Assembly: GCA_965262725.1 (NCBI GenBank)
Contig: OZ253555.1
Span: 2,272,001-2,336,000 of the forward strand
DNA from: Dehalococcoidia bacterium
Lineage (GTDB): Bacteria > Chloroflexota > Dehalococcoidia > UBA2979
DNA length: 64,000 bases
Reading direction: 5' to 3'
Part shown: positions 58,263 to 64,000 of the stretch, piece by piece
Layout of the letters: every line of letters starts with the position of its first letter
How positions within the stretch are numbered: the first letter of the stretch is position 1
Notes under the pieces: model-generated
What the model was told of the DNA's origin: nothing
Seen by the model: the letters and a program-made list of their open reading frames with translations, nothing else
Databases searched by the model: none
Position numbers and translations under genes: made by a program

Positions 58263-59102
58263 CTAGCGCCGCTGGCAGCCGGGGCAGAGATGCGTTCCGC
58301 GGCCTCCGACGCGTCGCTTCACGATGGTCGCGCCGCAGCGCCGGCACGCCTGCCCCTCGCGCCGGAAGACGGCGACCCGCACGGTGTGGAGCCCCTCGGC
58401 GCCCAGGCCGTCGCGGTAGTCGCTGAAGCTCGACCCGCGATCGGCGATCGACGCGTGAAGCGCCTCGCCCACGGCGGCATGGAGCCGTGCGACCCGCCTC
58501 GCGCCGAGCCGGTTCGACGGCGTGCGCGGGTCGATCCGCGCCCGCCAGCAGGCCTCGTCGGCGTAGATGTTGCCGACGCCGGCCGCGACCGCCTGGTCGA
58601 GCAGCGCCGACTTCACCGCCGCCGAACGCCGCGCGAGCGCCCGTCTCAGCCATCCCGCCGTGAACGCCTCCGAGAGCGCGTCGGGTCCCGCGCGCGGGAA
58701 GGCATCACGCGCCTCGTCGACCAGGTGCCACGTGGCGAACTTGCGCACGTCCCGCAGCGAGAGAGCGGCGCCGTCGTCGAACTCGGCTCGGGCCCGCTCG
58801 TAGCGGGCGCCCGACTCTGCCGCACTCGCGTCCACCCCGTCCGGCTCGTGCACCAGCGACCCGGTCATCCGAAGGTGGATCACCCAGTGGCGGCCGTCGT
58901 CAAGTCCCAGGAGCAGGTACTTCCCGTGGCGGCCGACATCGCGGATGAGGCGGCCCTGAAGGGCCTGCTCCATCGCCCGCGGGGCGTGGGTGACGGCGAG
59001 CCGCTCCGCTCCGGGGTGGATGGACACGCACTCGACCCTCCGCCCGGCGATTCGGGGCGCGAGGTCGCGCCGGATCGTCTCGATCTCGGGCAGCTCAGGC
59101 AC
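58263..59102 (-). CDS. mutM: Formamidopyrimidine-DNA glycosylase
   Basis: PELPEIE, GKYLL, HLRMTG, LLDQ..AGVGNIYADE, CRRC..CPGCQ. Confidence 0.96.
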   Translation of the reverse strand: MPELPEIETIRRDLAPRIAGRRVECVSIHPGAERLAVTHAPRAMEQALQGRLIRDVGRHGKYLLLGLDDGRHWVIHLRMTGSLVHEPDGVDASAAESGARYERARAEFDDGAALSLRDVRKFATWHLVDEARDAFPRAGPDALSEAFTAGWLRRALARRSAAVKSALLDQAVAAGVGNIYADEACWRARIDPRTPSNRLGARRVARLHAAVGEALHASIADRGSSFSDYRDGLGAEGLHTVRVAVFRREGQACRRCGATIVKRRVGGRGTHLCPGCQRR

Positions 59103-59144
59103 GGCGCCCATGCCCGCCCCGCGGCACGCCGGCGCTGCGTGGCG

Positions 59145-62012
59145 TCACGGCGAGCGGCCGGGGCGCGAGGGGGCGGGCCCGTGGAGGTCGCCCCAGGAGC
59201 GACCCCATTTCTCCTCGAGCACGAGCGGGACGGCAAGCTCCATGGAGGGCATGAGCCGCGCCGCGGTCTCTCGCACCCAGCCGAGCTCCGCCGCCGGCAG
59301 CTCGAAGATCAGCTCGTCGTGCACCTGGAGCACGAGCCGCGCCCGTGCCCCCGCGGCGCGCCCCTGCTCGAGCTCGTGGTCGATGCGGTTCGTCGCGATT
59401 TTGATGATGTCGGCCGCCGTCCCCTGCGCCGGCATGTTGATCGCGATCCTCTCCGCCGCCATGCGCCGGTTGCGGTCGTGCGCCCGGAGCGCCGGCACGG
59501 GTCGCCGCCGCCCCGTCAGCGTCTCCGCGTACCCCTTCTCCCGCGCCTCCTCGACCACGCGCTCGCGCCACTCCGCGACCCCCGGGTAGGCCTCGAAGTA
59601 GGCGCGGATGAACTCCTCCGCCTGCTCGTGCGGGATGCCCTCGCGCTGGGTCAGGCCGAACGCCGTGAGCCCGTAGAGCACGCCGAAGTTGAAGACCTTG
59701 GCGCGCCGCCTCTGCTCGCGATCGACCTCCCCGGGGTCGACGCCGAAGACGCGGGCGGCCGTCGCCGCGTGCACGTCGAGGCCCTCCAGGAACGCCTGCC
59801 GGAGCTCCTCGTCGCCCGAGAGATGTGCCAGGATCCGGAGCTCGATCTGCGAGTAGTCGACCGAGAGGAGAATCGGATCCTCGCCGCAGTCGCGCGCCAC
59901 GAAGGCGCGGCGGATGTCGTTTCCCATCTCGGTGCGCACAGGGATGTTCTGGAGATTGGGGTCGTTGGAGGAGAGCCGTCCCGTCGCCGCCGTCACCTGC
60001 GAGTAGACGGTGTGCACGCGACCGGTGCGCGGATTGACCTGCGAGGGAAGCGTTGCGACGTAGGTGGACCTGAGCTTGGTGAGCTCGCGCCACCTGAGCA
60101 CCGCCTCCACGACCGGGTGGACGCCGCGGAGCGCCTCCAGCGCATTCGCATCCGTGGTCCAGCCCGTGCGGGTCTTCCGCGTCTTGGGCAGGCCCAGATC
60201 CACGAAGAGGACCTGCGAGAGCTGCTGCGGCGATCCGATCTGGAACTCGTGGCCGATGGAGCGGTAGACCTCCGCTTCGGCGTCGGCGATCTCCTCGTCG
60301 AGCTGCCCCGAGAGCTCGGTGAGCACGGCCACGTCGAGGGCCATACCGGCCCGCTCCATCCGCGCCAGCACGGCGATATGCGGGCGGTCGAGATCGCGGT
60401 AGAGGCCGTCGAGCCCGCTCGCCCGCAGTTCCGGCTCGAGGACGGCCGCGAGCCGGAGGACCGCGTCCGCCCGCGGCGCCGCGTAGTCGCAGGTCTCCTG
60501 GAGCGGGGCCTCGGAGAAGGCGATCGCCGTGCGCCCGCTCCCGAGCAGTTCCCGGGGGTCCATCAGCTCGAGCCCCAGCCGGTCGAAGGCGAGCCTCGAC
60601 AGCGTTATGTTGACGTCACCGAGCACGTAGGCGGCGAGCATCGTGTCGACGTCGATGTCGGCGGCCTCGACGCGCTCCGGGGACTCGGCGAGGGCGACGA
60701 GCCACATCTTCCCGTTGTGTGCGACGCGCGTAATCGCGGCGTCGGCGAGAAGCGGCCCCAGCGCCCCCAGCAGCTCGCGCGCCGCGAGTGAGACCGGCGC
60801 GCCGGTCGCCTCCTCCATCTTGCCGTCGTCGCCGGGCTCGAGAGCGAGCGCCGCCTGGCCGCCCGGGGCGGCCGGAGCGGGCTCGCGGGCGAGGGGCGCG
60901 TACCAGCCGCTTCCCTCGGCGGTCGAGAGGGCGAGGCCGACGAGCGTCTCGGCGGCGCGCATCGGGTGCTCCTCGTCGGCGATGAGTTCCACCGCGACGC
61001 GGCCGGCGGTGCGTATCTCGCGGACCAGCTCCCGAAGCTCGGCGGTCGTCGTGAGGAGCCGGTACCGACCCTCGACCCTCGTGCTGGGCGGCTCGCCGCC
61101 CGCGGCGCCGTCATCCTCCGCGGGCTCTGGGAGGCGCGCGAGCAACGAGCGGAACTCGAGCTCACGGAAGAGCGCGATCACCCGGCTGCGGTCGTAGCCG
61201 CCCCAGCGGGCCCGCTCCCAGTCGAGCGTGACGCCGGGGACGTCCTCCACGATCGTCGCGAGGCGCCGGGAGAGATCGGCCTCCTCCCGACCGGCGGCGA
61301 GCGCGGCGCGCGCGCGCGGCGGGGTCACCTCATCGAGGTGCGCGTAGATCTCCTCCACCGTCCCCCAGCGCGTGATGAGCGCCTTTGCGCCCTTCTCGCC
61401 GATCCCGCGCACGCCGGGGATGTTGTCGGATGTGTCGCCGACCAGCGACTTGTAGTCGACGACGCGTCTGGGATCGAACCCGAAGCGCTCGCGCACCTTC
61501 GCCTCGTCGTAGAGCACGTAGTCACGCTGGTAGGGGCGATACATGTAGACGCGGACGCCGGGTCGGACAAGCTGCAGGAGGTCGTTGTCGAGGGTGACCA
61601 GCACGGTCTCGATCCCGGCCTCGACGGCCTGCGCGGCGAGCGTGCCGAGCACGTCGTCCGCCTCGTAGCCCACGGCCTCGATGCGCGGGACCGCGATCGC
61701 CTCCAGGAGCTCCCGCACGCGGTCGACCTGCGGGCGCAAGTCGTCGGGCATCGGCTCCCGGTGGGCCTTGTAGCGTTCGTCCTCCTGCTTCCGGAAGGTC
61801 TCCTCGGAGGCATCCCACGCGGCGATCACGTGGGTCGGGCGCAGCTCGTTGAACACCGTGAGGAGAGAGTTCGCGTAGCCGTAGACGGCCCAGACCGGTT
61901 CTCCCGAGTGCCCGACCGTGAGCGTGTCGCGCATGGCGAAATAGGAGCGGAAAATGATCCCGTGCGAGTCGAGGATGACGAGCAGAGGCGAGCGGATGGC
62001 GGGCTCCGACAC
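59145..62012 (-). CDS. polA: DNA polymerase I
   Basis: 5'-3' exonuclease (YEADDVLGTL, GDTSDNIPGV), TGRLSSNDPNLQNIP, DYSQIELR, AKVFNFGVLYG, QGTAADI, QVHDEL. Confidence 0.97.
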   Translation of the reverse strand: MSEPAIRSPLLVILDSHGIIFRSYFAMRDTLTVGHSGEPVWAVYGYANSLLTVFNELRPTHVIAAWDASEETFRKQEDERYKAHREPMPDDLRPQVDRVRELLEAIAVPRIEAVGYEADDVLGTLAAQAVEAGIETVLVTLDNDLLQLVRPGVRVYMYRPYQRDYVLYDEAKVRERFGFDPRRVVDYKSLVGDTSDNIPGVRGIGEKGAKALITRWGTVEEIYAHLDEVTPPRARAALAAGREEADLSRRLATIVEDVPGVTLDWERARWGGYDRSRVIALFRELEFRSLLARLPEPAEDDGAAGGEPPSTRVEGRYRLLTTTAELRELVREIRTAGRVAVELIADEEHPMRAAETLVGLALSTAEGSGWYAPLAREPAPAAPGGQAALALEPGDDGKMEEATGAPVSLAARELLGALGPLLADAAITRVAHNGKMWLVALAESPERVEAADIDVDTMLAAYVLGDVNITLSRLAFDRLGLELMDPRELLGSGRTAIAFSEAPLQETCDYAAPRADAVLRLAAVLEPELRASGLDGLYRDLDRPHIAVLARMERAGMALDVAVLTELSGQLDEEIADAEAEVYRSIGHEFQIGSPQQLSQVLFVDLGLPKTRKTRTGWTTDANALEALRGVHPVVEAVLRWRELTKLRSTYVATLPSQVNPRTGRVHTVYSQVTAATGRLSSNDPNLQNIPVRTEMGNDIRRAFVARDCGEDPILLSVDYSQIELRILAHLSGDEELRQAFLEGLDVHAATAARVFGVDPGEVDREQRRRAKVFNFGVLYGLTAFGLTQREGIPHEQAEEFIRAYFEAYPGVAEWRERVVEEAREKGYAETLTGRRRPVPALRAHDRNRRMAAERIAINMPAQGTAADIIKIATNRIDHELEQGRAAGARARLVLQVHDELIFELPAAELGWVRETAARLMPSMELAVPLVLEEKWGRSWGDLHGPAPSRPGRSP

Positions 62013-62146
62013 GAGCGCCAGTATATCGAGGGCGACGCACCTGGGTTCGACCGCGCCGTGCCGCTGACCGATCCCCCGACCGGGCAGCGGTCGCGGCGCC
62101 TTCAGGCCGCCTCCCGCGCCGATCGCGCGGAGACGCCACCGTGCCC

Positions 62147-62737
62147 GTGAGCCGGGTGTTGCACCTCATCGCGGGGCGCCTCCCGACCGGCGCAGCCGGA
62201 GCTCCGCGCCTCCAGGCGGCGATCGAGCTCGGCGGCGAGCTCGCCAGTGCCCCCGGCGTGCGGGCGGCGCTCATCGGGAGCTCCGAGCAGCACATCGTCT
62301 CGGCCTGCTGGCTCGACGACCGCGCCGCCATCGAGCCATTCGCCGCCTCCCGCCCGCACATGGCCTTCGTGATGCGTGGCCTTGCACCCCTCGTGAGCGG
62401 CATGTGGAGCGCCTCCGTCGAGACCGCGTCTTCCCCGCACGCCGGCGGCGACGCCGCCGCGATGTGGGCGATGGCGATCCCGGAGCGCGCCGGCATCTTC
62501 GAGTGGGAGGTTCGAGCGCTGCTCGAGGCCATGACGGCGCTCCCGGGCGCTGCCGCCTCCGGCCCGACCGTGGAGGAGCGCGATCGCTTCCGCGCCGGCG
62601 GCGTCATCCTTCTCCGCGGGTCGGAGCAGGAGCACTTCGACGAGGCACTTCGCGCCGCTCGGAGTACCTGGCCCTCCTTCGCCTCCGGCATCGAGGAGGC
62701 TTTCGTCCGGGTGCTCCCTCCGCGGGATGGGGCATAG
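62147..62737 (+). CDS. Hypothetical protein (possibly dimeric alpha+beta barrel-like)
   Basis: Fills the gap between polA and the convergent gene; GC3-biased codons; FAASRPHMAFV motif. Confidence 0.55.
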   Translation: MSRVLHLIAGRLPTGAAGAPRLQAAIELGGELASAPGVRAALIGSSEQHIVSACWLDDRAAIEPFAASRPHMAFVMRGLAPLVSGMWSASVETASSPHAGGDAAAMWAMAIPERAGIFEWEVRALLEAMTALPGAAASGPTVEERDRFRAGGVILLRGSEQEHFDEALRAARSTWPSFASGIEEAFVRVLPPRDGA

Positions 62738-62774
62738 CGGCGTCGGCCCACGGCGTGCCCCGGCGCGGCGCCCC

Positions 62775-63545
62775 CTACGGGCGCGAGCCGGGCTGGTAGG
62801 AGAGAAGCCGGAAGATCTCGGAGCCGTTATCCCACTGGACGAGCTGATGCGGCGGGTCGACCGCGATCCAGGCAACCCGCGTCGCGCGACCGCTGCGAAC
62901 GTGGAGCCGCCACGCGTCGAAGGCGCCGGCCGGCACCTCGACGCGCTCGCGGCGCACGACCGTCAGGCGCACCGTGATCTGGCTCTGGTTCACGGCGCTC
63001 ACCGAGACGTACTGCCCGTCGTACTCCCCGGTGAGGTCGAGCGCCCGCCAGAGCCACAGGGCGCTCTCGTTGTCGTACGCGCCCCGGCGTAGCCGCAGTT
63101 CGCGCTCCTCCGTCTCCCCCGCCGGCGTCTCGTGCGTGAACGCCACGGCGGAGAGATCCGGGGCGTAGGCGGCGGACCAGCGCTCCTGCTCGTCCTCGCG
63201 CGTCGCCTCGCGGCTGCTCGAGACGGGGAGCAGGGTCCCCGAGTCCGCGACCACGTGCGAGAGGTCCTGGGCGCCGTGTCCGCCGTCTCCGGTCCGCGGT
63301 TCCGCCGCCCGGAGGCTCTGCTCAAGGAGCAGCGTGTCACCCTCGCAGAGCACGTCAAAGGACGCTTCGGCGACAAGCGTGCCGTCAAGCTCCTGGAGGT
63401 CGTAGCGCGCGCTCTCCCCGCAGGCGAACGGGATGCGGGCCACGACGATTCCGGCCTCCGTGCCCCCGCCGGTCGCCTGACACCCCGCCGCGAGCACAGC
63501 GAACAGCAGCGCGCCGAGCACGCGGAGGCGAAGGGGCGCCCTCAC
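62775..63545 (-). CDS. Putative lipoprotein, DUF3108-like
   Basis: Lipobox LAAGC; C-terminal ERVEVPAGAFDAW; GTGA overlap with the upstream gene. Confidence 0.7.
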   Translation of the reverse strand: MRAPLRLRVLGALLFAVLAAGCQATGGGTEAGIVVARIPFACGESARYDLQELDGTLVAEASFDVLCEGDTLLLEQSLRAAEPRTGDGGHGAQDLSHVVADSGTLLPVSSSREATREDEQERWSAAYAPDLSAVAFTHETPAGETEERELRLRRGAYDNESALWLWRALDLTGEYDGQYVSVSAVNQSQITVRLTVVRRERVEVPAGAFDAWRLHVRSGRATRVAWIAVDPPHQLVQWDNGSEIFRLLSYQPGSRP

Positions 63546-64000
63546 TGCGCGGGGACCGCCGGGAGGCTCTCCACAGCCCGCCTGGTGCGCGCGAGCGCCT
63601 CCTCCACGTCGGCCGCCGAGATACCGAGGTGCGTCGCCATGCGCACACGGTGGGGGGCGGTGCCGGAGGCGCGCACGCCCTGCGCCGAGAGCGCCGCGCG
63701 GAACGCCCACGGATCCGGCCCGTCGATCTCGAAGAAGACGAGGTTCGTCTCGACCGCCTCCGGGTCGATCCGGATCCCGGGCAGCGTAGCGAGGCCCTCG
63801 GCCAGGAGGCGCGCATGCGCGTGATCCTCGGCCAGGCGGTCGCGGTGGTGCTCCAGCGCGTAGAGCGCGCCGGCCGCGATCACGCCCGCCTGCCGCATCC
63901 CACCGCCGAGCTGGCGGCGCAGTGCGCGCGCCCCTCCGATCAGATCGGCGGGACCGCAGAGCACGGAGCCGACCGGGGCGCCGAGCCCCTTCGAGAAGCA
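63542..64000 (-). CDS. Low-specificity threonine aldolase (5' end outside the window)
   Basis: CFSKGLGAPVGS, GGGMRQAG, RLAEDH, VETNLV, RMATH. Confidence 0.9.
   Translation of the reverse strand, partial: CFSKGLGAPVGSVLCGPADLIGGARALRRQLGGGMRQAGVIAAGALYALEHHRDRLAEDHAHARLLAEGLATLPGIRIDPEAVETNLVFFEIDGPDPWAFRAALSAQGVRASGTAPHRVRMATHLGISAADVEEALARTRRAVESLPAVPAQ

Noticed and set aside
57672-60791. Very long antisense and alternative-frame ORFs (this 1039-aa ORF, 12602..14464, 19948..21942, 44112..46130 and others)
   Set aside because: Shadow ORFs of well-supported genes in a GC-rich genome; Arg/Ala/Pro-rich with no recognisable motifs
1-64000. CRISPR array, transposase, integrase or prophage genes
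   Set aside because: No regularly spaced repeats or mobile-element protein motifs were found by eye

Overview
Very GC-rich bacterial chromosomal segment, most likely Chloroflexota/Dehalococcoidia (SAR202-like). This is inferred from the paralogous luciferase-like monooxygenases (LLMs), CoA-transferases and the tandem-domain HisG. Positions 1-22.7 kb are an accessory catabolic region: 3 LLMs, 3 tandem pairs of family III CoA-transferases, an acyl-CoA dehydrogenase, alpha/beta hydrolases, a Tat-exported peptide-type ABC binding protein with one permease, a circularly permuted DsbA and an SRA-like/HNH nuclease. This region ends at tRNA-Phe. The remainder is housekeeping: hisZ-G-(Zn-PLC)-D-C-B-N, birA, a class III aminotransferase, murE, RNase P RNA, modABC, rpmF-fabD-fabG-nusB-acpP, tatBC, udg, rnj, ftsK, uvrB, ruvAC, yebC, panBC (with a pan RNA motif), mutM, polA and threonine aldolase. 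The most interesting unannotated signals lie in intergenic space. Two stand-alone small transcription units (about 32.07-32.26 kb and 48.84-49.13 kb) each have a promoter, a very strong SD, a short ORF, RNA structure and a terminator-like hairpin. A leaderless His-containing leader peptide precedes the his operon. All calls are from reading the sequence only; no database searches were run.
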